This document shows, piece after piece, positions 56,381-64,000 of a stretch of 64,000 nucleotides of DNA (positions within the stretch are counted from its first letter, which is position 1; every line of letters starts with the position of its first letter). A program made the translations under genes and the position numbers. Location: the sequence record MW845759.1; one strand, 5' to 3'. The notes below the pieces were generated by a model that was given only the letters and a program-made list of their open reading frames with translations, had not been told where the DNA came from and ran no database searches.

Positions 56381-56925
56381 TGGACGAGTTAAAAGGGTTC
56401 TATCAGCCAGAGCGTATTCAATGGCATACGCTGAACGACTATGCCGTGGAACACAACACCACATTACAACTGCATCAGTACCTGCTGCTGCGCGACAAGC
56501 ACGTCAGTCAGTACGTGCGTCCTTACGACCATCTGGCCATTTTGATTTGGATTAAGATGGCGCTGCGTAAACTGAAACAAGAACCGGACGTTATTATCGC
56601 TCCGCTGTTCCTCAACGAACTGACCGCTATCGCGTGGCCAGAGGAGCTGGTTGACCGTGACTTCATTCTCGGGTGCACGGAAGGTTCAGTTGTGCCGGTA
56701 GTTGAACTGGTTGATCAACGTCATATCCACATGCTGTCAACCATGGACATCGAACTGGCTATTCCACGTCAGATTGAAGGGCGCTACGTGGGGATTGAGT
56801 TCTTCGAAGCCGACCCACCGAATGAATCGCATTACGTACATTCTCGTTGGCCAGAACACTGGCGGGTGAAAGTTGGGGCAGCCATCGGTCAAACCAACGT
56901 TAACATTGTCGAGGTGTTAGAGTGA
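56380..56925 (+). CDS. Hypothetical protein (181 aa)
   Basis: TAATG coupling. Confidence 0.85.
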   Translation: MDELKGFYQPERIQWHTLNDYAVEHNTTLQLHQYLLLRDKHVSQYVRPYDHLAILIWIKMALRKLKQEPDVIIAPLFLNELTAIAWPEELVDRDFILGCTEGSVVPVVELVDQRHIHMLSTMDIELAIPRQIEGRYVGIEFFEADPPNESHYVHSRWPEHWRVKVGAAIGQTNVNIVEVLE

Positions 56926-57458
56926 GCGACGGACGAGATATGAAGGACACGATGCACACCACGTTGTCCGGGTACATGGTTAAGACGTTTCAAGACCAAG
57001 CGTACTTCGAGCATTACTTTGACCTTGGACCTTACGGTAAAGCATTCTTATCGCCGATTGAACACATCGGTATTCTGACGTGGCACAAGATTCTCATGTC
57101 AGGATTCGGGGATATGGACTTGCTCATTCGTAACGATGCGGCTGAGCAACTTAAGTTCCTCAAAATCGACTGTGGTATGCCGAACGACTTCGATTTACTG
57201 AAGAAATTAACAGGCGGCTATGGGCTAATGGCTGTGGGTCTGGGTTATCAACTGGCCGACAACTCCGACGGCCGCCCATTGTCGTATCACGACACTACGG
57301 TGTCTTTGCAGCCTAGTCGATTCTACGATGAAGAGATTTGGGTATTGACCCCGACGTTTAATCCTAAAGGTGCATTTGACTTCACGAGCAAGCCCCTTAA
57401 AGAGCAGCCGTTCGGCAGACCGGCCCTTGCCGCGGATGACGTTCGTCGTTTACGCTAA
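56922..57458 (+). CDS. Hypothetical protein (178 aa)
   Basis: GTGA overlap with GAGG SD. Confidence 0.75.
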   Translation: MSDGRDMKDTMHTTLSGYMVKTFQDQAYFEHYFDLGPYGKAFLSPIEHIGILTWHKILMSGFGDMDLLIRNDAAEQLKFLKIDCGMPNDFDLLKKLTGGYGLMAVGLGYQLADNSDGRPLSYHDTTVSLQPSRFYDEEIWVLTPTFNPKGAFDFTSKPLKEQPFGRPALAADDVRRLR

Positions 57459-57464
57459 CAATCT

Positions 57465-57495
57465 AACCACCCTTCGGGGTGGTTGTTTTTTTTTT
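57465..57495 (+). terminator. Rho-independent terminator
   Basis: AACCACCC-TTCG-GGGTGGTT followed by a long T run. Confidence 0.92.
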
Positions 57496-57504
57496 CGTTT
57501 CAAA

Positions 57505-57511
57505 TGGTATG
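57505..57511 (+). promoter_or_regulatory. Putative late promoter TGGTATG
   Basis: Lies between a terminator and a structural operon. Confidence 0.5.
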
Positions 57512-57536
57512 AGGCGCTTATTAGAGGACACTCCCC

Positions 57537-59024
57537 ATGCTCCAGTATTTTGAAATACCGTCATTGGACGCAACGATGCGTAAGTCCATGGCCGACGGTA
57601 TCATCGCACGCGTCCTCTTAGAGTCAGGTATCGACCCTAAGAAAGTCATCTACACCGATGACCTCGACAACGTGCAACAGCCCGGTGCGACGATTGGTGA
57701 TACGTCAGAGATTCTGTACGCGTCCCCGGATATGGTTGAAGTTGAAATTGTTGAAGAACGTGATGAGATGGAACGTATCGCGCGGGGTGTGGGTCTGCAT
57801 CGTGAGCGCTACTTCTTTGAGAACAAACCCGACCACGTTCGGGCGTGGGCTTCTCGCGTGTTCTACAACGTCACGGTAAATATCAAGCGACGTTCTAAGT
57901 CACGGACAGACTTACACCGTTGGTGTAACCGTCTGAACTCCCTGATTGACATGGGGCGCTACTCCACGATGATGGAGTCGGAGTCGTACTACTTGATTCC
58001 GATGGATGCTTTGCGACTGTTGAATGCCTGTTACGTGGCCGCAGAAACCCGCGTACCACGCCACGCGTCGTTTAAAGAGTACCTGAAGGATTACTTCGGC
58101 GACGAAGTGACGGTGACAGCCGACGTGGTCGGTAACAAGAACCGTTTAGCGGTTCGTCATTCACCTACCCGCGTGGAAGTGGTGTACGATGTCAGTGGGC
58201 CACAAACGCAGAAAGAAGAGAATGACTGGAGCGCGACCTTCTCCTTCAACTACCGTTATCAACGGCCGGAAGAAGTGCTGGTTGAACACCCGTACATTTT
58301 GAACCAGACTCCGATTGCGAAAGAGTATTTCCCGCAACCAGAACCACCGTTCTTGTCGAACGAGGAATTGGTTGAGCGCGGTATCTATCAAAGCCAGCAA
58401 GACGCCTTGGCGTACGAGGGTACCCGTCCTCCGATTTTGCAGCTGCCGTACCTGCTGTCGGATGAAGACCAGTTCCTGAAACTCCACCGTGTCCGTTCCC
58501 AATCCGAGATAGCCATTTTCGGTACCGACATTGCGTTTGGTATTGAGAACATGTCGAACCCTGATGTGCTTAGTACCGAACAGGTGCCGTATACGTGGCA
58601 GCAGGTTATCAAAGACTATATCACGTATTGCCGCGAACGTGACCCATCCGGGCAGTGCTGCATCTTCCAATACCAGCTGTACAAAAACGGCTTCTACATT
58701 GAACCGTCCAAATATCGCTGGGATGGCGAGTGGTTAATTCTCGAAGATGAGATTGACGTCACGGCGCAGTATTACGCACTGGAAGTCCTGCGTACGGATT
58801 GGGGCAGTTTCCCGAGACAGTGCTTATCGATTATTGATAAGTTCCCGGGACTCATTGACTGGATTATCGACTGGCTGATTCCCGGCAAGATAAACCCCCG
58901 CCCAGTGAAACCCACTGTGCCGGATGTCATTGACCACATCGATATTAACCGCCCAGACGCTGGCTTCTGGTTAACTATCTTTAACACGAGCATTATCGAC
59001 GCTCGCAGAATGGGAGAACGCTAA
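57537..59024 (+). CDS. Conserved virion structural protein (phiKZ gp98-like position)
   Basis: 495 aa; first gene of a coupled four-gene operon. Confidence 0.7.
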   Translation: MLQYFEIPSLDATMRKSMADGIIARVLLESGIDPKKVIYTDDLDNVQQPGATIGDTSEILYASPDMVEVEIVEERDEMERIARGVGLHRERYFFENKPDHVRAWASRVFYNVTVNIKRRSKSRTDLHRWCNRLNSLIDMGRYSTMMESESYYLIPMDALRLLNACYVAAETRVPRHASFKEYLKDYFGDEVTVTADVVGNKNRLAVRHSPTRVEVVYDVSGPQTQKEENDWSATFSFNYRYQRPEEVLVEHPYILNQTPIAKEYFPQPEPPFLSNEELVERGIYQSQQDALAYEGTRPPILQLPYLLSDEDQFLKLHRVRSQSEIAIFGTDIAFGIENMSNPDVLSTEQVPYTWQQVIKDYITYCRERDPSGQCCIFQYQLYKNGFYIEPSKYRWDGEWLILEDEIDVTAQYYALEVLRTDWGSFPRQCLSIIDKFPGLIDWIIDWLIPGKINPRPVKPTVPDVIDHIDINRPDAGFWLTIFNTSIIDARRMGER

Positions 59025-60355
59025 TGCAATTTATTCAAGCCGGTGGTCGGCAAAAATCTGAAGTCGTGACGGTCGAACCGCCCCGCCCTGAGATTACCAA
59101 GGCCAAAGACGGGGTCGTTGAGAAAACGAATATCACGACCGAGCCGAGTCGCACCACGGTAGTCGACTTAGAACGCATTTCCAAACGGCACTTGCTGCAG
59201 TATACGTCAGGCTCGCCGTGGCCGGTTGACTACTACCATCGTCTGTCAGGGATGAATGACCCCAAGTCGTTCTTTGACCCGTCGGTGGATAACGCAACTC
59301 AGCAGTACGAAGAAATCAAGTCACTGGTTCTGCGTGTTGGGTCGGCGTTAAGTTGGAGTCAGGGCACCAATAAAGAGTTCACGGTATCTGGGGAAGCGAC
59401 GCTTGCCAACAGCATCATCCCGACCGAAGGCGATATCTTCATCGCGGACATCGGGGATGCTCGCCGCGGTATCTTTGCGGTAAACTCGACGCAACGTAAT
59501 GCGTACAACAAAATCGCCACCTATCAAATCACGTACACCTTGCTGTACGAAGTAACACCAGAGTCCGATCGGGTGTTGCGCGATGCGGTAGTGCGAACGT
59601 TCCACTACGTCGCTGACCGAGCATGGGTATCAGAAGACACCTTGTTAACGCAAGATGAATTCAATGCCTTCTTGAAGATTCGTGAAGAACTGGAATACTT
59701 CGAGAACATGTATGTGCGCATGTACTACGACCAAGAACTGGGGTCACTGCGCCAACCGGTTACCGCCCGCAAGAACTACGACGTGTTCCTGACCCAGTTT
59801 GTTCGTGATATTGGTCTTAACCGTACGCCGGATGAACTGACCATCTATCCGCATACGCCGTATCGTCATGACGAGATGTTCACCGTGTGGAAAGCGCTGG
59901 TGTGGCATAACGCCTCGATGTTACCGCAGTGTCATCGGGATGGGAAATGGTTCCAAGTCCAAACGTTCCGTACCTATCAGGTGCCAAACACGGTGGGCTG
60001 GTCACGAGTCCAATCCACGGTCTTCTTTGACAGTCAACTGCGTCTGAAGAATATCCCTGATGTAGTGCCTGACTTCGACCCCGTAGAGGACCGTAGAAGC
60101 GATTTTGAGGGTACCTTATTAAAAGACCTACCGATGTTCGTTAAACCGACATTAACGCCTTATGTGTTCACTGAGGCGTTTTACGGGGGGTCTTACGCTT
60201 CGGTACTAGAATATGCACTCCAACTCTATCTGAATAAGGCTAAACTCCGGGCAGATATCCCTTTAAAACTGGCAGACGAAGTCAAGCGCTTACCGCTGAC
60301 GGCCCAGTTTTATTTCGCCCCGGTGGTTTACCTGCTGCTTAAATACGTGAGGTAA
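59024..60355 (+). CDS. Conserved virion structural protein, possibly neck/head-closure-like
   Basis: IPTEGDIFIADIGD beta-barrel pattern; TAATG coupling. Confidence 0.65.
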   Translation: MQFIQAGGRQKSEVVTVEPPRPEITKAKDGVVEKTNITTEPSRTTVVDLERISKRHLLQYTSGSPWPVDYYHRLSGMNDPKSFFDPSVDNATQQYEEIKSLVLRVGSALSWSQGTNKEFTVSGEATLANSIIPTEGDIFIADIGDARRGIFAVNSTQRNAYNKIATYQITYTLLYEVTPESDRVLRDAVVRTFHYVADRAWVSEDTLLTQDEFNAFLKIREELEYFENMYVRMYYDQELGSLRQPVTARKNYDVFLTQFVRDIGLNRTPDELTIYPHTPYRHDEMFTVWKALVWHNASMLPQCHRDGKWFQVQTFRTYQVPNTVGWSRVQSTVFFDSQLRLKNIPDVVPDFDPVEDRRSDFEGTLLKDLPMFVKPTLTPYVFTEAFYGGSYASVLEYALQLYLNKAKLRADIPLKLADEVKRLPLTAQFYFAPVVYLLLKYVR

Positions 60356-60357
60356 TA

Positions 60358-60894
60358 ATGAGTACCAAGTCGCCTGCTTTCTACCTGTTCCATTCGTGGT
60401 ACGGATGGCGTGTGCCGGAATATGCCACGCTGACCCAGTACGCTCGTGAAGAGCATGGGTTGTTTCTGCCAGAAGACCGCAACAAAGCGAAAGCAATTCT
60501 GCTGAATAAAAAGACGGTGTTCATGACCGTCGCGCAGGCGGCTGAATACTTAACCGACGGCGGGTCACTGGATATTAACGACCCGGACAACGATGCCCTG
60601 CCCGTTTACCAGATGATAATGGAACATCTGAACAACTGGCTCACGTACCTGACCAGTCCGAGTCTGATTGTGCGCAAAACGCCGATTGTGGGCTTGCGCG
60701 AAATGAATGTGCTGGCGAATAACCTGTTTCCTGTGGCGAACCGTAAGGGTTACTTCAAGAAGCCGGAGATTACAATGTCCATGCAACTCGCTTCGTTCTT
60801 TAATGACGTGAAACCGATGGTACAACAACATCGCTTCAATGACCAGTTGATGTTGATGATTGAAAGTGCGTATCGGCGTCGTGGGGGTCGCTAA
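60358..60894 (+). CDS. Conserved hypothetical protein (178 aa)
   Basis: GAGG SD; coupled. Confidence 0.8.
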   Translation: MSTKSPAFYLFHSWYGWRVPEYATLTQYAREEHGLFLPEDRNKAKAILLNKKTVFMTVAQAAEYLTDGGSLDINDPDNDALPVYQMIMEHLNNWLTYLTSPSLIVRKTPIVGLREMNVLANNLFPVANRKGYFKKPEITMSMQLASFFNDVKPMVQQHRFNDQLMLMIESAYRRRGGR

Positions 60895-62183
60895 TGTTCG
60901 CCAGATTTAAATCGATTGTGGCCAAGCATATTGCCAAGGCCGTGGGTAGCCCTAAGTTCACCTACACGGTAGTTCTGAAGGCAAACGGGGTCGCTGTGAA
61001 GGCCATGAAGGTTCACTCGATAACCCGCCGCTCTGAGTTCGTACGGACAATAGGTACCACCACGTTTATCACGATACTCGTCCCGATGTCGCAGTTGCGT
61101 CTGTTGCTGTCCAACACCTACGGCAATCTGACCTGCACGCTGGGGACGTTCATCAGTGGACGGCTCAGTAAGCGAGAAGTGTTGTACGGGGTAGTGCAGA
61201 ATGCACAAGACCTCGACTTGTCAGCACCGACCAAGAACATCGGTCAGGGCGATGACATGGACTTCTCGGTAGTCACGTTAGAGCTGATGTCCGAGACCGT
61301 GTGGAATTTACGCATGGTGCAGCACGGGCTGAACATTCAACGAAACGACCCACTCACAGTTTGCCGGTTCTTGCTGGCACGGACAACAAGGGCACAGGAT
61401 GCGCAGAAAGGGGATACGGAAGCGTTGCAGTATGCAGAAGAGCCGCAGACGCCGTATGCGTCGATTGTGGTTCCTGATGGAACCCCGTTCCGCGGTATCT
61501 TCGACTACCTGCAAAACCGCTATGGCGTGTACTCTCAAGGGTTGGGGGTGTTTAATTACCAAGACATCTGGTTTCTCTTTAAACCGTGGAACAAAGCCCG
61601 CTTTCAGGAAGATGACTACCGCTTGGTTATCTACGCTTTAGCGGCCGATGACATGGCGCAACCCGAACATACGTTTCGTATCGACGGGAAGACCTACTAT
61701 GTCGTCGTAGCAGGCGATACAAAGCTCGTAGACCAACGCGACCAGTCCGCCCTGAACGAAGGTACCGGTTATCGTGTCGCCTCTGTACGCGCGTTAGACG
61801 GCCGTACCGTGGACTTGTCATCCGACGGCCCACAGTCAACGACCTCTGAGGCGTTTGTCAGTGCCTCGAACCCCACCCCGCATAACTCGAAGATGACCAA
61901 TGCCAACTTCGGTCAGCAGAAGTTCACTGACAGCGATAAAGCCCTGCGCAGCGAGTTTGCCCGTAAGGGTGGGCGTTATCTCTCGGTGACGTGGTCAAAC
62001 GCGATGTTCGGTGCAGTGCGTCCGGGTATGGGGGTACAGTACAACTACGCCAACGACGGTGGGATGTTTACCAAGCACGGAACTATCATCGGGGAGATTC
62101 ATCACACCGCTCTTGATGGTGGAGGAACGGCTGGTGAACAGTATGTTTCCAATGCAGAAATCTTGCTCTGGATTGCAGATTAG
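60894..62183 (+). CDS. Baseplate hub-like structural protein (gp27/VgrG-type, inferred)
   Basis: IVVPDGTPFRGIFDYLQNRYG...LFKPW and C-terminal VRPGMGV patterns typical of hub proteins. Confidence 0.55.
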   Translation: MFARFKSIVAKHIAKAVGSPKFTYTVVLKANGVAVKAMKVHSITRRSEFVRTIGTTTFITILVPMSQLRLLLSNTYGNLTCTLGTFISGRLSKREVLYGVVQNAQDLDLSAPTKNIGQGDDMDFSVVTLELMSETVWNLRMVQHGLNIQRNDPLTVCRFLLARTTRAQDAQKGDTEALQYAEEPQTPYASIVVPDGTPFRGIFDYLQNRYGVYSQGLGVFNYQDIWFLFKPWNKARFQEDDYRLVIYALAADDMAQPEHTFRIDGKTYYVVVAGDTKLVDQRDQSALNEGTGYRVASVRALDGRTVDLSSDGPQSTTSEAFVSASNPTPHNSKMTNANFGQQKFTDSDKALRSEFARKGGRYLSVTWSNAMFGAVRPGMGVQYNYANDGGMFTKHGTIIGEIHHTALDGGGTAGEQYVSNAEILLWIAD

Positions 62184-62325
62184 ATTTTTTACAACAGGCT
62201 ACTTAGATATAAGTCAGCCAGGGGATACCTAGGTTTGGGAGGGGGGTTTTTAACGAGTGACGAGCGTAGCGAGACACGACCTCCTTATTCCTAAGTAATC
62301 CTGTAAGGGATTACGCTTAAGTAAG

Positions 62326-62358
62326 CTCTCCCTCCGGGGAGAGTCCTTATTTCTTTTT
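62326..62358 (+). terminator. Terminator-like hairpin
   Basis: CTCTCCC-TCCG-GGGAGAG followed by T-rich sequence. Confidence 0.7.
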
Positions 62359-62372
62359 ACGTTATTTTCTAA

Positions 62373-62379
62373 TGGTATG
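62373..62379 (+). promoter_or_regulatory. Putative late promoter TGGTATG
   Basis: Third copy of the 7-mer, 35 nt upstream of the ATG. Confidence 0.5.
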
Positions 62380-62413
62380 TTACCCAAAACCCATTTAATA
62401 AGGAATTATCCGA

Positions 62414-63169
62414 ATGAGCGTTACTACAGATATCGTTCTCTATAAACTCTCTGCTGACCTCATCAAGAAGATTGATGAATTCGAAAAGGCAACGTTCGGT
62501 AAAAACGCCAGCAAGCTCTGGGACCGTATGCTGAAAGTTCTGCCGCAGAATGCCGCGGAGTTAGAGATTCTCGGTGTGCAGGCAACCAACCGTGACAGCA
62601 CTATTGTTATCCTGTATAAGGCTGACGGTGTGGAAGGCGGTAAGACCTTGCAAATCGCGGACACGGGTACCGTCGGCAATATGCTGTTCCTGCACGCAGT
62701 GGCGTTTGCCCCGGCGTATCAGGCGCTGGGTTCGATCTACGACATCGATTACATCTATCAGCTGGCCAACACCATCTCTGGACGTATCGTGCCGAACGAG
62801 TTTGACAGCTATCCGCAGTACGTGAAACGTATTCGCCCAGAAGACTTTGACGACGTTGTGTCGCTGGACGTGTTCCGCTTCGAGCTGATTGGTGAAAACC
62901 GCACCGATGACTTCGTGACCTACCTGAAGGCCATTGTGCGCTACCACGCTGAGATGTCAACCGAAGACATGTCGAACAACCACAACGAACTGTACCCGGT
63001 TCTGATGTACGGTAACCGTGTCGCCTTTGCGACCTACATCCCGTTCCCGGCCCGTATCGTGGCACCGTACCACGACAACACCATTCTGCCGGAACCGCTG
63101 GAACTGGGGCTGGTCTTCACCGATGCAGTGAACGCTATCAGCGAACAACGCTACCATCTGCAGCACTAA
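62414..63169 (+). CDS. Hypothetical protein (251 aa)
   Basis: AAGGA SD; biased codons; own terminator. Confidence 0.85.
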   Translation: MSVTTDIVLYKLSADLIKKIDEFEKATFGKNASKLWDRMLKVLPQNAAELEILGVQATNRDSTIVILYKADGVEGGKTLQIADTGTVGNMLFLHAVAFAPAYQALGSIYDIDYIYQLANTISGRIVPNEFDSYPQYVKRIRPEDFDDVVSLDVFRFELIGENRTDDFVTYLKAIVRYHAEMSTEDMSNNHNELYPVLMYGNRVAFATYIPFPARIVAPYHDNTILPEPLELGLVFTDAVNAISEQRYHLQH

Positions 63170-63183
63170 TAAATAAAAGCCGA

Positions 63184-63225
63184 CTACTACCCCTTTTGGG
63201 GTAGTAGCGGTTATTTCCTTTTTTT
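63184..63225 (+). terminator. Rho-independent terminator
   Basis: CTACTACCCC-TTTT-GGGGTAGTAG followed by T-rich sequence. Confidence 0.85.
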
Positions 63226-63244
63226 CCTAACGAAAAATATTTCA

Positions 63245-63264
63245 GATATATATTACTTTCATGA
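63245..63264 (+). promoter_or_regulatory. Putative early promoter
   Basis: GATATATATTACTTTCATGA contains TATATTAC exactly. Confidence 0.7.
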
Positions 63265-63311
63265 ACGAGATGCATTATCTCACCTAATCTAAATACTTGT
63301 GGAGCTTTCAA

Positions 63312-63590
63312 ATGACTATTACCCGTACTCTGATTCATGTTGTTGCTGTTCTGGCTGTCGCTGTATTCTTCATCCTGTCTCCATTCGCTGTAATGGATTT
63401 ACTGGGTGGCAATGATAACGCCATCGTTGCAGGCTTAGGCGGTGCACTGTACATCGTTACTGCACTGGGCTTTGTATTCTCAGATTCACTGGAACTGAAC
63501 TTTGGTCCGTTCCGCATGTACCGCAACTTTGTAGATAACAATCGCTACGTAGCTCCAGTCTGGCGTTACGTGTTCTCTAACGAAGACTAA
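63312..63590 (+). CDS. Small membrane protein with two transmembrane helices
   Basis: GGAG SD before ATG 63312; two long hydrophobic stretches. Confidence 0.75.
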   Translation: MTITRTLIHVVAVLAVAVFFILSPFAVMDLLGGNDNAIVAGLGGALYIVTALGFVFSDSLELNFGPFRMYRNFVDNNRYVAPVWRYVFSNED

Positions 63591-63630
63591 TACCCTTACT
63601 TAACTAAAACCAACTAAAAGGATTACCGCC

Positions 63631-63804
63631 ATGAAAAATGATAACCTCGATATGCTGCTGAAACTGTCTGGTAAAGAACTCGCTGCTGTGATGGCACAGG
63701 TAAAAGCTGAGAAAGCAGCAGGCCAACGTCTTCCGGCGGTAAGTCCAGTGAAAGCATACCTCTCAACTGACTTCCGTCCTAACCGCATTCTGAATAAGGC
63801 ATAA
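63631..63804 (+). CDS. Small basic protein (57 aa) absent from the ORF track
   Basis: AAGGA SD; translated by hand as MKNDNLDMLLKLSGKELAAVMAQVKAEKAAGQRLPAVSPVKAYLSTDFRPNRILNKA. Confidence 0.7.
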   Translation: MKNDNLDMLLKLSGKELAAVMAQVKAEKAAGQRLPAVSPVKAYLSTDFRPNRILNKA

Positions 63805-63808
63805 TCAC

Positions 63809-64000
63809 ATGTACTTCTTAAACGACAAAGGTGCAGCTCGCCTCGCTGAGCTGAAAGTAGGTGCAGGCGTTGAGCTGACTCTGCAGGCCGGCAAACAGAT
63901 TATCGACCGTGGCGGTAATCTGGTACGCAAGTTTAAACTGACTAACCACGGAAAAGTACATCACGTCGAATTGGCTATGGACGAGTACAGTCTGGTACAC
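63809..64000 (+). CDS. Hypothetical protein, 3'-truncated and absent from the ORF track
   Basis: ATG 4 nt after the previous stop; open to the window end (MYFLNDKGAARLAELKVG...); host-like codons. Confidence 0.65.
   Translation, partial: MYFLNDKGAARLAELKVGAGVELTLQAGKQIIDRGGNLVRKFKLTNHGKVHHVELAMDEYSLVH

Noticed and set aside
62414-63169. Possible thymidylate kinase or other enzyme call for this ORF
   Set aside because: No P-loop or other catalytic motif is recognisable, so it is left as hypothetical.
63818-64000. Minus-strand 60-aa ORF in the track
   Set aside because: The plus-strand frame from ATG 63809 is open, coupled to the previous gene and has better codons.
1-64000. tRNA, rRNA, CRISPR array, integrase/transposase, retron or DGR reverse transcriptase, homing endonuclease, intein
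   Set aside because: I found no signatures by eye (no cloverleaf, repeat-spacer array, YADD, LAGLIDADG/HNH/GIY-YIG or C...HN intein ends). tRNAscan, Infernal and HMM searches would be needed to exclude them fully.
1-64000. Stop-codon reassignment as seen in some large phages
   Set aside because: The standard code gives full-length genes at high coding density, with TAA, TGA and TAG all used as stops.

Overview
This window is 64 kb of a nucleus-forming jumbo myophage (phiKZ-related, Chimalliviridae). From remembered gene order, not a search, it is closest to the SPN3US/Asesino-like enterobacterial group. It carries: an uncharacterised early/middle region (1-11 kb); both halves of a split family-B DNA polymerase (11089-13290 + and 40818-42620 -); the nucleus block (chimallin, nvRNAP beta'-N with NADFDGD, SbcD-like nuclease, ChmC-like protein, gp68-like specificity subunit, PicA-like import protein, gp70-like protein, nvRNAP beta-C and beta'-C, SF2 helicase); one virion RNAP beta' fragment; and a head/baseplate block with AxE-S propeptide proteins. 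I see no tRNA, rRNA, CRISPR array, intron, intein, mobile element or PhuZ tubulin. The best leads are: (1) a 310-bp non-coding island beside the DNA polymerase that combines a G-quadruplex/CSB-II-like tandem repeat, an AT-rich tract with an oriC-like 13-mer, a GATC cluster and flanking hairpins, a candidate replication origin, with a related second island at 62.2 kb; (2) a probable programmed -1 frameshift (T TTT TTC, 37496-37502) fusing a chaperone-like gene to the downstream ORF; (3) an NPF-repeat disordered tail in the protein encoded next to the PicA-like gene; (4) a virion M48-like membrane metalloprotease; (5) three tandem OB-like ORFs; (6) early and late promoter motifs and a palindromic shared ribosome-binding site. 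Protein identities come from motifs and synteny only.
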